DNA of 64,000 bases from a bacterium (GCA_030649025.1 JAUSGO010000022.1:9023-73022), one strand, 5' to 3'; positions 1-9,035 are shown, numbered from the stretch's first letter. Numbers and translations: made by a program. Notes: a model not told the origin generated them from the sequence alone.

Positions 1-1
1 A

Positions 2-1243
2 AAGCATTATGCTGCTCTTGAAATTGGGTCAAGAAAGTTGCGCGGACTTCTTTTTTCCCATGGAGAAGGAGACTCGCTGGTTTTAGAAGAGCTTGTGCAG
101 GTACCCTACGAGGAGCGCAAAGGCCGCGCGACGGGGCTTCTTACAGTGGATGCGGGCGCCATAGAGCGCGCGGCAAAAACGCTTCTGGAAAAACTTCCGA
201 GATTTGCCAAAGTTCGGAATGTCTCGGTAGGGCTTGGAGCGGAGTTTCTCCGCAGTATAACGTTTCGGGCTGTTTTCGAGCGCGATGAGCCGAAAGAAAA
301 GATTGATGCGGCAGAGCTTAAAAATCTTCTGGAAAAAGCGGAGCGGGCAAGTCGCGAGAGTATCGGAGAGAAACTCCTGCGGCAGAATGGCCCAGAGGTG
401 AATTTGCGGCTTGTCTCTTCGCGCCTGGAAGAAATACTCATTGACGGCTATGGCGTGAACGATCCGGTTGGCCTTGCGGGAAAGGAAATAGAAATCGCTC
501 TTTTTAACCTCTACACCGAGGAACCTCATCTCGAATTTCTTCAAGCCATAAAGAAGCTTCTCGGGATTAAGAATCTCTTTCCGCGCTCATTGCCGTACAA
601 CGTGTGTCGCGCCCATGCGTCTTTTGCACCGACAAGTTTGCCCTACTCTGGTATTTTCATCGGCGTTGACGAAGCTCTCACGAGCGTCTCCGTTGTTTCA
701 AAAAACGTGTTTTTAGGGATGAAACTTTTTTCAATCGGCAGAAATCTTTTTACGCGCAGTATTGGGGAAAATCTCGGCTTGGGTTTTAAGGAAGCCGAAG
801 ACATGCAGCGGCAGTATGCAGGAGGGAAATTGAGCGTGCAGGTGAGCCGTAAAATTTCCGGGATTTTGAAACGGGCTTCGTCCGTTTGGGCGACCGGCGT
901 GGAGCTGGCCTTGGAAGAATTTTCACAGGCCTTGGAGATTTTTCCGTCCGCTATATTCGTTTATGGCGAAGGAGCCGATCTGCCGGACCTGATCAGGGTG
1001 CTTAACGAGACCGATCGTTTTGCGCAAATACCGTTTTTGGAAAAAAGAACCCCCGTCGTGCTTGCGCCAGCAGATCTACCGTTTTTTAAGGGAGATAAGG
1101 ATTTGAAAAAGTTTTCCGGAATCTCAACTTCAAGCGCCGATACGCCGATATGCTGTCTGGCCTATGTCTCCCTGTTTGATACGGGTCCGTCTGGCGAACT
1201 GGCACGCATTGTGCAACGCGCAACAAGACTGGCATACTCTTAG
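2..1243 (+). CDS. FtsA-like actin-fold protein, 5' truncated by the window edge
   Basis: Frame is open from base 2 (KHYAALEIGSRK, an ALDIG-like phosphate-1 motif); IFIGVDEALT, GRNLFTRSI, EAEDM and YGEGADL match degenerate FtsA/PilM motifs. Confidence 0.7.
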   Translation, partial: KHYAALEIGSRKLRGLLFSHGEGDSLVLEELVQVPYEERKGRATGLLTVDAGAIERAAKTLLEKLPRFAKVRNVSVGLGAEFLRSITFRAVFERDEPKEKIDAAELKNLLEKAERASRESIGEKLLRQNGPEVNLRLVSSRLEEILIDGYGVNDPVGLAGKEIEIALFNLYTEEPHLEFLQAIKKLLGIKNLFPRSLPYNVCRAHASFAPTSLPYSGIFIGVDEALTSVSVVSKNVFLGMKLFSIGRNLFTRSIGENLGLGFKEAEDMQRQYAGGKLSVQVSRKISGILKRASSVWATGVELALEEFSQALEIFPSAIFVYGEGADLPDLIRVLNETDRFAQIPFLEKRTPVVLAPADLPFFKGDKDLKKFSGISTSSADTPICCLAYVSLFDTGPSGELARIVQRATRLAYS

Positions 1244-1246
1244 AAG

Positions 1247-1355
1247 AAATTCAAAATGCAAAACTCAAAATGCAAAATTTTGGAATATCGTGAAAGTTTT
1301 TCTTGTAAGAAAAACCTTCACTCCTTAATTTTGATTTTTGACTTTTAATTTTTGA
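1247..1355. repeat. Heptamer-armed palindromic element, copy A1
   Basis: (CAAAATG/T)n arm, GTGAAAGTTTTTCT...AGAAAAACCTTCAC core, (TTTTGA)n arm; near reverse complement of 8212-8321. Confidence 0.85.
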
Positions 1356-1364
1356 GTTATTTGA

Positions 1365-3155
1365 ATGGCTCCCACTCCCCACATTTTATATGCACATCGC
1401 GAAGACGAGATCACCTCATTACTCGACGCTATCGACGCGCAGGATGCCCCGGAAGTGCTTCTTGTAGTTCCTCGGGAGGCGTTGTTGTTCCGCGATCTTC
1501 TGAATCTCAAACTTCTCAAACGCGAATGCGAAAAGCTCAATAAAAAACTCACGATTTCCACCCAGGACCCCTCTGGCGCGGGTCTTGCAAAAAAAGCTGG
1601 TATCGCTGTTGAGGTTATCTCCGAAGGAGAAAAATTCTTTGAAGAATGGCCCACCCAGAGAGGAAGCGGAAAAGGGGGGTCTCTGGTTTCACAGCCTTCA
1701 GAAGTTCCACAAATTGTCAAAGGCCAGCAGATACCCATATCAGTTAACTCCTCACCTTCTATGACTACCAAACCTTCTCCGGACCAGTTTAATTCCTATG
1801 TGCAAAAACCCAGCCTCGACTTGTCTCGGCGAGGCGGGCGAGGCCGGGCGATGGACGTCATGCCGTCGACAAGAGCTACTGATGCTGCGCCGCGAAGATC
1901 TGTCCAAATGCCATCTGCTCCTTTGGCACACGGTGCTTCCGAAGAAAAACCTATAAAGGAAGAGATTTATCAAGAAGAATCTTCCGGGCGTACGCCGCGG
2001 CGCATTGGAAAAAAATTCTTTATTTGGACCTTAAGCGTTCTTTTGGTGCTTGGGATTTTAGGAGCGGGGATCAGATATATAAAGCCTTCGGCTACCGTTA
2101 CCATCTATCCCAAGGAGGATGCCGTAGAATTTGAAATGGACCTTTCGGGCCGCACAGAAATTTCTTCAGTCGACATCGCAAAAGCTGTTTTGCCTCTTGA
2201 ACGATTTCTGGTTGAGGAGACGACCGCAAAAGAATTTCCTTCAAGCGGCGATCGCGAGGTGGTAAGTAAGGCTCATGGCAAACTTACCGTATACAACGCA
2301 TTCAGTTCCTCTCCGCAGCCTATTGTCGCCACGACCCGGTTTCTTTCAGAATCGGGAAAGCTCTTCCGCACGCCCAAAGCCGTTGTTATTCCCGGTGCAA
2401 AGGTAGAGGGCGGAAAATTGACGCCGGGGTCCATAGAGATCGAGGTTGTGGCGGACCAGGCAGGAGCCGAGTACAACATTGCTCCTTCTCGGTTTTCCAT
2501 TCCCGGATTTAGCGGGACGCCCAAGGATGGAAAATTTTATGGAGAATCCCATGAGTCTCTGACGGGAGGGTTCAAGGGTTCCGGGCGCGTGGTCGAGAAA
2601 AAGGATATTGAAGCGGCGCGCTCAAGCCTTATCTCCGGAGAATCAGATCGTATGAAAGAGGTATTGCGCAAGAAATTCCCTCCGGATCTTGTCTATAGCG
2701 AAGGCGCGCTCCTTGTTGCAAGCACTGAAGTAAGCGTCTCTCCAAAGGAAGGAGAGCCGGGTGAGAAATTTACGCTCACGGTTCATACAATCGCTCAAGC
2801 ATATCTTTTTAGAGAGCAGGATGTGTTGGCGATCGTTGAGCCGAATATTACCGAAAACCTTGGCGGAAAGTACCGCACCCTGCCCGATACCCGCAAAATT
2901 TCCTATACGGTTCGGCAGCTTGATGCCGCTCTTGGCCGTCTTGCGCTTACCGCACTGATAAGCGTGCGAAGACAGGCAGTCATCGATGAGGGCGATCTTC
3001 GTTTGCGGCTTATAAATTCCGACATTGATCAGGCAAAAGCCTTTTTTGCCGAGCAGAATCATATTGACCGGGTTAATCTCTCGCTCTGGCCTTTCTGGTC
3101 ACGACAGCTTCCGGCAGATTCAAGCCGTATCAAGGTTATTACGGGGAAGAAATAG
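1365..3155 (+). CDS. Membrane-anchored baseplate J/gp47-like domain protein (CPR type)
   Basis: N-terminal LLKRE..KL domain, disordered linker, one TM (FIWTLSVLLVLGILGAGI), then KAHGKLTVYN...TRF...GSIEIEVVADQAGAEYNI and C-terminal WPFW. Confidence 0.65.
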   Translation: MAPTPHILYAHREDEITSLLDAIDAQDAPEVLLVVPREALLFRDLLNLKLLKRECEKLNKKLTISTQDPSGAGLAKKAGIAVEVISEGEKFFEEWPTQRGSGKGGSLVSQPSEVPQIVKGQQIPISVNSSPSMTTKPSPDQFNSYVQKPSLDLSRRGGRGRAMDVMPSTRATDAAPRRSVQMPSAPLAHGASEEKPIKEEIYQEESSGRTPRRIGKKFFIWTLSVLLVLGILGAGIRYIKPSATVTIYPKEDAVEFEMDLSGRTEISSVDIAKAVLPLERFLVEETTAKEFPSSGDREVVSKAHGKLTVYNAFSSSPQPIVATTRFLSESGKLFRTPKAVVIPGAKVEGGKLTPGSIEIEVVADQAGAEYNIAPSRFSIPGFSGTPKDGKFYGESHESLTGGFKGSGRVVEKKDIEAARSSLISGESDRMKEVLRKKFPPDLVYSEGALLVASTEVSVSPKEGEPGEKFTLTVHTIAQAYLFREQDVLAIVEPNITENLGGKYRTLPDTRKISYTVRQLDAALGRLALTALISVRRQAVIDEGDLRLRLINSDIDQAKAFFAEQNHIDRVNLSLWPFWSRQLPADSSRIKVITGKK

Positions 3156-3180
3156 TATAAGGTCTCATCCCAGTGAATTT

Positions 3181-3207
3181 AAAAAAGGACCCTTTTTGGG
3201 GTCCTTT
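3181..3207. terminator. Intrinsic terminator between convergent genes
   Basis: AAAGGACCC/GGGTCCTTT stem; T-run on the minus strand. Confidence 0.75.
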
Positions 3208-3235
3208 CGGTTTTTGCGGTATTTCGCGGGGTCTG

Positions 3236-3526
3236 TTATCTTCCGCCGTTTTCAAACTTCGGCGTAAGCACGACGAGGTCTCCCGCCTGAAGCACGGTGT
3301 CGCCATTGGATGCGCGTTCGTTCACCGTAGCGCTTCCGTCCGCCTTTTTGGCGCCGCCCACGGTCTTGAGCGCGTCTTCAACGGTCATTCCCGGGGTAAA
3401 GGGGAGGGCATGTGATTTGTCGCCGATAGTGACCGTTACCGCATTCGAATGCGGAGGAGCGACGGCAGTGGCGAGGGGGATTATGGGGGTTGCAGTTTTC
3501 GGTTCTTCCAATAGTGCCGATCTCAT
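3236..3526 (-). CDS. Ubiquitin-like (ThiS/MoaD beta-grasp) protein ending ENGG-R
   Basis: GMTVEDAL...ATVN...DTVLQAGDLVVLTPKFENGGR; SD AAGGAG; adjacent to E1 and JAB. Confidence 0.8.
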   Translation of the reverse strand: MRSALLEEPKTATPIIPLATAVAPPHSNAVTVTIGDKSHALPFTPGMTVEDALKTVGGAKKADGSATVNERASNGDTVLQAGDLVVLTPKFENGGR

Positions 3527-3548
3527 AAGGGTTTCTCCTTTTTTGTGG

Positions 3549-4232
3549 TTAGGATTTTTGACGCTCTTCCTGGCGGATGAGCGTCAAATTCTTGAGGTTG
3601 AAAACCAGACGTTGCCAGTAAGGCTCTTGCATGAGCCAATGCGTAAGTTGCGAGCCGATGAGCGAGGCGATTGCCATGTTCACCGGCAGGAATGCGTCGC
3701 AAGCAAGGTCCGGGTCGATGTCTTGCGCCTCGTGAAGATGTTTTTCGTAGAACTCAACATCCTCGAGGCAGGAGGGACGGACAGTATGTATTTCCATCCA
3801 TTGGCCTTTTGTACCCACGCCGGTTCGTGCGTCGAGATAAACTGGAATTTTGCTGTTCCAGGCTACCTTGCTCCAGATGGCTTTGCGGGATTCCATGGAA
3901 TCGACGCCCGAGATGACGATGCCGCTAAGTGTCGGGAGCGATTCGTTTGGAAATGAGCAGGCGTGTTTCTTTATAGCAATTCCGGTCAAGCATAGCACGC
4001 GTTCATGCGCCGTGTCAACCTTCGGTCTGCCCGCGTCCGTCGGTCCCCACAGGAGATGGTTTGGCACGTTATGGTCCTCTATGGCATCCGAATCGATGAG
4101 CGTGATATTCTCAAACCCGATCTTGGCAAGCATCAATGTTGTCGGACTTCCGATGCCTCCTGCGCCGATGACGGTTACGGGAAATACGATGGCGTCTATA
4201 GGCAGGATGCGCTCTTGTCTGAAGTGGTTCAT
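3549..4232 (-). CDS. ThiF/E1-like ubiquitin-activating enzyme
   Basis: RQ..., VIGAGGIGS, LIDSDAIEDHN, GRPKVD, SGVDSMESRK, YLDARTG; candidate catalytic Cys in DLACD; no CxxC zinc pairs. Confidence 0.9.
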   Translation of the reverse strand: MNHFRQERILPIDAIVFPVTVIGAGGIGSPTTLMLAKIGFENITLIDSDAIEDHNVPNHLLWGPTDAGRPKVDTAHERVLCLTGIAIKKHACSFPNESLPTLSGIVISGVDSMESRKAIWSKVAWNSKIPVYLDARTGVGTKGQWMEIHTVRPSCLEDVEFYEKHLHEAQDIDPDLACDAFLPVNMAIASLIGSQLTHWLMQEPYWQRLVFNLKNLTLIRQEERQKS

Positions 4233-4948
4233 GTCTTTTCCTCCGTTCTTTCGCCAAGAATCTGTTCGACCGGTAAGATGACTGGGTCTCCCTCCGGCAT
4301 TCGGTGAGTGTTTTTACCCAGAATGCTTTTTGGAGAAGGAATGTGAAGGCCGGCTACGCGCCATCCCTCCCGCACATGTTGATTGATGTCGTCTCGGCAC
4401 TGTTCGGTCAGGGTTTCATCTGCTACGTTCATCCGGACAAAAAGCGGCAGAGCTAGGGCAATGCGCAGGGGACGGTACACGTCGAGTCGGCATCGGTAGT
4501 CGCCTTGCTTGTTAAGTACAAGGCTTACCATCCAGTCGTAGTATCCTTCGTAGTCGGCAATCGTTCCGAGGTCCGTATGCGAGAAATATGCCGGCATGGA
4601 AACGTGCGAATGCCATTGAAGGCGTATGTGCGAAGGGTCCTTGCCCTCGCGTATCATGCGGCTCACCAGGCAGTTGTACGCCATAGAGTCTGTTTCGGCG
4701 TGTCCTCCGGAGACGCGCTGGTCAAGGATGAAAGGGTTTGTGATATAGAGGGTGCTTCCTTCAACTTCCACGATGCCAAACCCGTTTATCTCGAGCGGCA
4801 TAAGATCTACGTAGCACTTGATCTTTTGCAGCGCTTCGAGTGTGATGACTGCCCGGGGGAAACCCGTAAGTATCAGGTCTTCTCCCGAAGGAACCGGTGC
4901 TTCAACAAGCGCAGCTCGCGTTACCCTTTCGCCGGATTCAATTTCCAT
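4229..4948 (-). CDS. JAB/JAMM (MPN+) metalloisopeptidase
   Basis: EING upstream Glu and WHSHVSMPAYFSHTD (HxH-x7-S-x2-D); ATGA overlap with E1; SD TAAGGAGG. Confidence 0.9.
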   Translation of the reverse strand: MEIESGERVTRAALVEAPVPSGEDLILTGFPRAVITLEALQKIKCYVDLMPLEINGFGIVEVEGSTLYITNPFILDQRVSGGHAETDSMAYNCLVSRMIREGKDPSHIRLQWHSHVSMPAYFSHTDLGTIADYEGYYDWMVSLVLNKQGDYRCRLDVYRPLRIALALPLFVRMNVADETLTEQCRDDINQHVREGWRVAGLHIPSPKSILGKNTHRMPEGDPVILPVEQILGERTEEKT

Positions 4949-6438
4949 GGAACCTCCTTAAAATCACGTAATTTATTTTTATCATTTTTGTTGAGGTGCG
5001 TGATGCTCTTGAGTATGTGCACCACCGCCGAGGGGATATCGCGCTCGGCAAGAAGATTATTGATATCGCCCGTGAGATTGCCGAAGCAGAAACCGCCGTC
5101 ACTTCCATAAGGGTAATCTACTTCTCCATCTCCTTTTGCCAGATTGCGGATGTAAATGCCAAACCCCTCGCCAACGTTCCGGATAAAGTCGATGCGGAAG
5201 TTCCCTATCTCAAAGAGGCGTGAGTCGTACATGATGTAGAGCGTATCGGTAAAAACCGATATGCATTCGCCTTCCACGTTTATTGCCATAACATCAGGAA
5301 AATCCTCCAGGAGCCGGAATGCTTCTTCGAAGCGAGAAAGTTTCTCTGGGTCGGGTTTCGGAGGAAGCTTCTCCAGCTCCTCCTGGTCGCGTTGCGCAAC
5401 TGCTTCGTTACGTTGCGCCCCCGCTAGCTTTGTGCCAAGCGACTGAAGGTCGCCTCTGACGCTGCGTATATTCTCCTCAAGGCTCACAGTCGTTCTCCGG
5501 GCCTCCTGGACGCGGTTTGCCGCAAGCATTTTCTGCAGGTCAATATCATACCATCCCAGAATTCTTATCCACTGCTCCCGTATCGCATCGCGCCTTGCGC
5601 GAAGTTGTGAAACGCGCGCGTCGGATGAAATTATTTTTTCACGCCTCTTTGTGTCGGTGCGCGCAAGGGACGATGTTTCCAGGATCGTCTCGGGTTTTTT
5701 TGAGTTTGCAAGCCATCTCGGGCGAGGCAAGTCCTGAAGAGGCGGCACTGGTTCGACTTCCGGGATAGAGAGAATTCTGCCATTAGCGAGTACATGCCGG
5801 AATGTGCGCCTGAAATTCACGAACCATCCTTCTACGTGCCCCCATGTCCACCCCGCGCCGATTATGACAGCGAACACGATTATGGCTCCTATGGTGCCGG
5901 GGAAAAGCACTAATCCCCATGCGTACGGCCAAGGTTTCTTAAGAACATCAGGTTCGGGGCCATCATCGAAAATATACGCCAGGACCACAATAAGCGAAAA
6001 TAGCGGATAGAAAATCCACAAAAGCCACCAGTCGACATTTTTCCAGTATGAGTCCCAAGACGGTTCGGCACGAAACGCTTTTTCATACGGCAGGCGTCCG
6101 CGCATGACAGCGATAACGGTCTGGGTCTCTTCGCGGACTATTTTGCCGTATGCGGTAGTTTCATGCACAAGAGATTTGTCCAGAATGAGGGCAAGCTCAT
6201 TTGCGGAAATCTCTTGAGGAAGCGTTCGAAGGATAGCCGCCACGTTGTATGCATCACTATTCTTTGTTTGCGCTGTCGGCGCTACCAGTTCCTTATAGAA
6301 ATCGTTACGATCTCTGATTGAGGATGCATCTACAAAAAATTTAAAGGCGTAAATTCCAAAGCAGAGCACTGCCACAATAAGAGCGATGAGGCCGCTACGG
6401 ATAAGTTTCTCGAGAAAAGCCCTATGCTCGTTTTCCAT
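4921..6438 (-). CDS. Multi-pass membrane, coiled-coil protein with C-terminal prokaryotic E2-like domain
   Basis: About 3 hydrophobic helices in aa 15-200, heptad-rich aa 270-360, C-terminal IGNFRIDF...IRNL...YPYGSDGGFCFGNL resembling the E2 HPH/HPN..C motif followed by helices. Confidence 0.65.
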   Translation of the reverse strand: MENEHRAFLEKLIRSGLIALIVAVLCFGIYAFKFFVDASSIRDRNDFYKELVAPTAQTKNSDAYNVAAILRTLPQEISANELALILDKSLVHETTAYGKIVREETQTVIAVMRGRLPYEKAFRAEPSWDSYWKNVDWWLLWIFYPLFSLIVVLAYIFDDGPEPDVLKKPWPYAWGLVLFPGTIGAIIVFAVIIGAGWTWGHVEGWFVNFRRTFRHVLANGRILSIPEVEPVPPLQDLPRPRWLANSKKPETILETSSLARTDTKRREKIISSDARVSQLRARRDAIREQWIRILGWYDIDLQKMLAANRVQEARRTTVSLEENIRSVRGDLQSLGTKLAGAQRNEAVAQRDQEELEKLPPKPDPEKLSRFEEAFRLLEDFPDVMAINVEGECISVFTDTLYIMYDSRLFEIGNFRIDFIRNVGEGFGIYIRNLAKGDGEVDYPYGSDGGFCFGNLTGDINNLLAERDIPSAVVHILKSITHLNKNDKNKLRDFKEVPWKLNPAKG

Positions 6439-6492
6439 TTCCCAATCTCCTTTTCAGTCTTTCGGAATATAACTCTTGTAAAAGAGCCTTGC

Positions 6493-6521
6493 ATCATAAC
6501 AAAACATAAGTTGAACGTCAA
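6493..6521 (-). promoter_or_regulatory. Sigma70-type promoter of the Ubl operon
   Basis: TTGACG-17 nt-TATGAT on the minus strand, about 55 nt before the first ATG. Confidence 0.7.
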
Positions 6522-6704
6522 GAGCAACGTGTACTTGCTTTTTTAAGGCCAGGCTGTTAACATATTAATTAACGACAATGGGATAGTAGCGGACTTGAAA
6601 AGCGAAATGTGGGCTTTCTTAGGTAGCAAGAAAGCTCGTTTTCTTTGTTTTTTTGCCGGTTGACGGAAAAAGAGAATATTGCTATACTTCCCCCTGTATT
6701 TTTA

Positions 6705-6920
6705 ATGCCCGAAAACGCACTGACTCGAAAAGAAGGATTAGTTTTAGAGGCCCTTCCGGGGGATCTTTTTAAAGTGCGTTTTGAAGACGGGGCAGAGGCC
6801 TTAGGATATCTCTCGGGGCGCATGCGCATGAACCATATCCGAGTGTTGCCCGGGGACAAGGTTGATGTTGAGTTCTCGCCGTATGACCCGAAGAGGGGGA
6901 GGATCGTGAGAAGAAACTAG
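6705..6920 (+). CDS. infA: Translation initiation factor IF-1
   Basis: EGLVLEALP...[27 protein letters not shown]; ATG at 6705 chosen. Confidence 0.97.
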   Translation: MPENALTRKEGLVLEALPGDLFKVRFEDGAEALGYLSGRMRMNHIRVLPGDKVDVEFSPYDPKRGRIVRRN

Positions 6921-7015
6921 AGAATCACGAATTTACAGATACTACACGAATGTACAGATTCACGAATATTCGCGAATTCGCGTTATTCGCGTGGTATTCG
7001 CATCATTCGTGATTA
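6921..7015. repeat. CACGAAT/ATTCG short-unit palindromic repeat
   Basis: Repeated CACGAAT units followed by repeated ATTCG(C/T) units, forming an imperfect hairpin. Confidence 0.65.
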
Positions 7016-7023
7016 GCGCAAGC

Positions 7024-7137
7024 ATGAAAGTTCGTCCGTCTATAAAAAAGATCTGTTCCAAGTGTAAGGTCATTCGTCGCAAAAAAACATTGCGTGTAGT
7101 TTGCGCAAACCCCAAGCATAAACAGAGACAGGGCTAA
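7024..7137 (+). CDS. rpmJ: 50S ribosomal protein L36 (not in ORF track)
   Basis: Manual translation [37 protein letters not shown]. Confidence 0.98.
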   Translation: MKVRPSIKKICSKCKVIRRKKTLRVVCANPKHKQRQG

Positions 7138-7140
7138 GAC

Positions 7141-7217
7141 AGCTTATGGCTTCCGGTTCCTAGCTTATAGGAAAGTTTCTTAATTCCTATCGGCTAAAAG
7201 CTAAAAGCTAAAAGCTA
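7141..7217. repeat. Heptamer (CTAAAAG)n inverted repeat
   Basis: AGCTTAT..TAGCTTATAGGAA / TTCCTATCGGCTAAAAGCTAAAAGCTAAAAGCTA. Confidence 0.7.
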
Positions 7218-7223
7218 TACAAC

Positions 7224-7619
7224 GTGGCTGTCGTTCGCATCTCGGGAGCAACGCTTCCTCCCCAAAAACATATCGATGTCGCACTCGCGACGCTATACGG
7301 TGTCGGCAGGCCTCTGGCCCAGCAGATTCTTCGTTCGCTTAATATTCCTTTTAATGTCAAAACTGATGCGCTGGATAACGCCCAAGTCAGCGCGTTGCGC
7401 GAGATTATCGAAAAGAAATATCCGGTTGAAGGAGAGCTTCACCGAAGGATTATGATGAACATTAAACGGCTTAAGGATATTGGTTCATACCGAGGTCTAA
7501 GGCACTCCAAGGGGCTTCCGGTCCGCGGACAGCGGACGAAAACAAATTCCCGAACACGACGGGGTAATGTGCGCCGCACAATGGGAAGCGGCAGGAAGTC
7601 GGCCTCCGAAAAAACCTAA
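7224..7619 (+). CDS. rpsM: 30S ribosomal protein S13
   Basis: IGSYRGLRH.KGLPVRGQRTKTNSRT. Confidence 0.98.
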   Translation: MAVVRISGATLPPQKHIDVALATLYGVGRPLAQQILRSLNIPFNVKTDALDNAQVSALREIIEKKYPVEGELHRRIMMNIKRLKDIGSYRGLRHSKGLPVRGQRTKTNSRTRRGNVRRTMGSGRKSASEKT

Positions 7620-7626
7620 AATGCTC

Positions 7627-7723
7627 GTCTGTCCGATTTTTCTCCACCAAGAGGGAGACCGTTTCAACACCCCTAAATTAAAAGTGTAAGACTCCCTCTT
7701 GAGTTCCGAAAAATCAGACAGAC
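7627..7723. repeat. Long intergenic hairpin
   Basis: GTCTGTCCGATTTTT/AAAAATCAGACAGAC plus inner AAGAGGGAG/CTCCCTCTT. Confidence 0.75.
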
Positions 7724-7754
7724 TCGATCTCATGTTTTTCTAAATTTTTGATAT

Positions 7755-8213
7755 ATGGGAAAGAAAAAAATTTTTGCGCCGACAACGGAAGAATCGCTGA
7801 AAGAAGGCGAGGCGCTTGAGGCGAAGGCCGCAAGCGTAAAGGAGCGGACGTCTTCGGTCCGACGGTCGTACTCGCAAGGAATTGCTCACGTTCACGCGAG
7901 CTACAACAATACCATTATTTCTTTGACGGACACGGATGGCAACGTTCTGGCGTGGGCTTCAAGTGGCGCGCTCGGGTTTAAGGGTCCGAAGAAAGCAACG
8001 CCGTATAGCGCTATGCGCGTTGCCGATGCGCTTGCTTCAAAAACCATGAAATTAGGATTGCGGGATATTCGAGTGGAGGTCAGTGGCATTGGAGCTGGAC
8101 GGGAGGCGGCTTTGAGAGGGCTTGCTGCTGCCGGATACAATATTCTTTCCATTGAAGATACAACGCCTTTGCCGCATAACGGATGCAAACCGCCAAGACC
8201 CAGAAGGGTATAA
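7755..8213 (+). CDS. rpsK: 30S ribosomal protein S11
   Basis: HVHASYNNTII...GFKGPKKATPY...PHNGCKPPRPRRV. Confidence 0.98.
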   Translation: MGKKKIFAPTTEESLKEGEALEAKAASVKERTSSVRRSYSQGIAHVHASYNNTIISLTDTDGNVLAWASSGALGFKGPKKATPYSAMRVADALASKTMKLGLRDIRVEVSGIGAGREAALRGLAAAGYNILSIEDTTPLPHNGCKPPRPRRV

Positions 8214-8321
8214 ATCAAAAGTCAAAAATCAAAAGTCAAAATTAAGGAGTGAAAGTTTTTCTTGCGAGAAAAACTTTCACGATATTCCAAAGTTTTGCAT
8301 TTTGAATTTTGCATTTTGAAC
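8212..8321. repeat. Heptamer-armed palindromic element, copy A2
   Basis: Near reverse complement of 1247-1355. Confidence 0.85.
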
Positions 8322-8330
8322 TTGCTAAGT

Positions 8331-8960
8331 ATGGCTCGCTATACCGGTCCAAAAGATAAAAAATCGCGCGCAGCTCAAACAAAGCTCTTCCTTCGCGGAG
8401 AGCGGGATTTTTCGCCTAAATCGGGTTTTACCCGCCGCCCTTATCCGCCCGGCATGCACGGATCTAAAAGGAAACGTCCGAAGTCCGAATTCGGAACGCA
8501 ACTTCTGGAAAAGCAAAAAGTAAAATGGGTATATGGAATTTTAGAACGCCAGTTCCGGCGTTATGTGGAAGAAGCAACGCGGCACAAAGGCATAACCGGA
8601 GAGATGCTTGTGCAGAGGCTCGAGCATCGTCTTGATAATGTTATCTATCGTACGGGATTTGCGCCCTCAAGGAACGCAGCGCGTCAATTGGTGAGCCATG
8701 GCCATATTACGGTGAACGGCAAAAAGGTTTCCATACCTTCCTTCGAAGTTCGTATGGGCGACGTTGTCGGCATCCGCACACTAAGCCGGCCAAAGAAGAT
8801 TTTTGGCGAGCTTACACTTCGTTTGAAGAAATATGCACCGCCGTCATGGCTATCTCTGGACAAAGAAAAGCTTGAAGGAACGGTCAGCGGGGCTCCCACA
8901 ATTGCGGATGCGGCCATTCCCGCGGATATTCAGAAGATTATTGAGTTTTACTCTAGATAA
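8331..8960 (+). CDS. rpsD: 30S ribosomal protein S4
   Basis: MARYTGP...LEHRLDNVIYR...ARQLVSHGH...IIEFYSR; ATG at 8331. Confidence 0.98.
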   Translation: MARYTGPKDKKSRAAQTKLFLRGERDFSPKSGFTRRPYPPGMHGSKRKRPKSEFGTQLLEKQKVKWVYGILERQFRRYVEEATRHKGITGEMLVQRLEHRLDNVIYRTGFAPSRNAARQLVSHGHITVNGKKVSIPSFEVRMGDVVGIRTLSRPKKIFGELTLRLKKYAPPSWLSLDKEKLEGTVSGAPTIADAAIPADIQKIIEFYSR

Positions 8961-9031
8961 CAAATAACAAAAAACAAATAACAAAAAACAAATCTGCTTC
9001 CTGCTATTTGCTACTTGTTATTTGCTGTTTG
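8958..9031. repeat. Heptamer (TAACAAA)n/(TTTGCTA)n inverted repeat
   Basis: Four to five heptamers followed by complementary heptamers. Confidence 0.75.
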
Positions 9032-9035
9032 AGAT

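Noticed and set aside
1365-3155. Prophage
   Set aside because: Only a baseplate-like domain is present; no terminase, capsid, tail or integrase genes
3236-4232. ThiS/ThiF or MoaD/MoeB cofactor biosynthesis
   Set aside because: No thiamine or molybdopterin genes nearby, the E1 lacks CxxC zinc motifs, and JAB plus E2-like partners are present
8262-8330. N-terminal extension of RpsD in the ORF track
   Set aside because: It is a translation of the intergenic repeat; the conserved start MARY is at 8331
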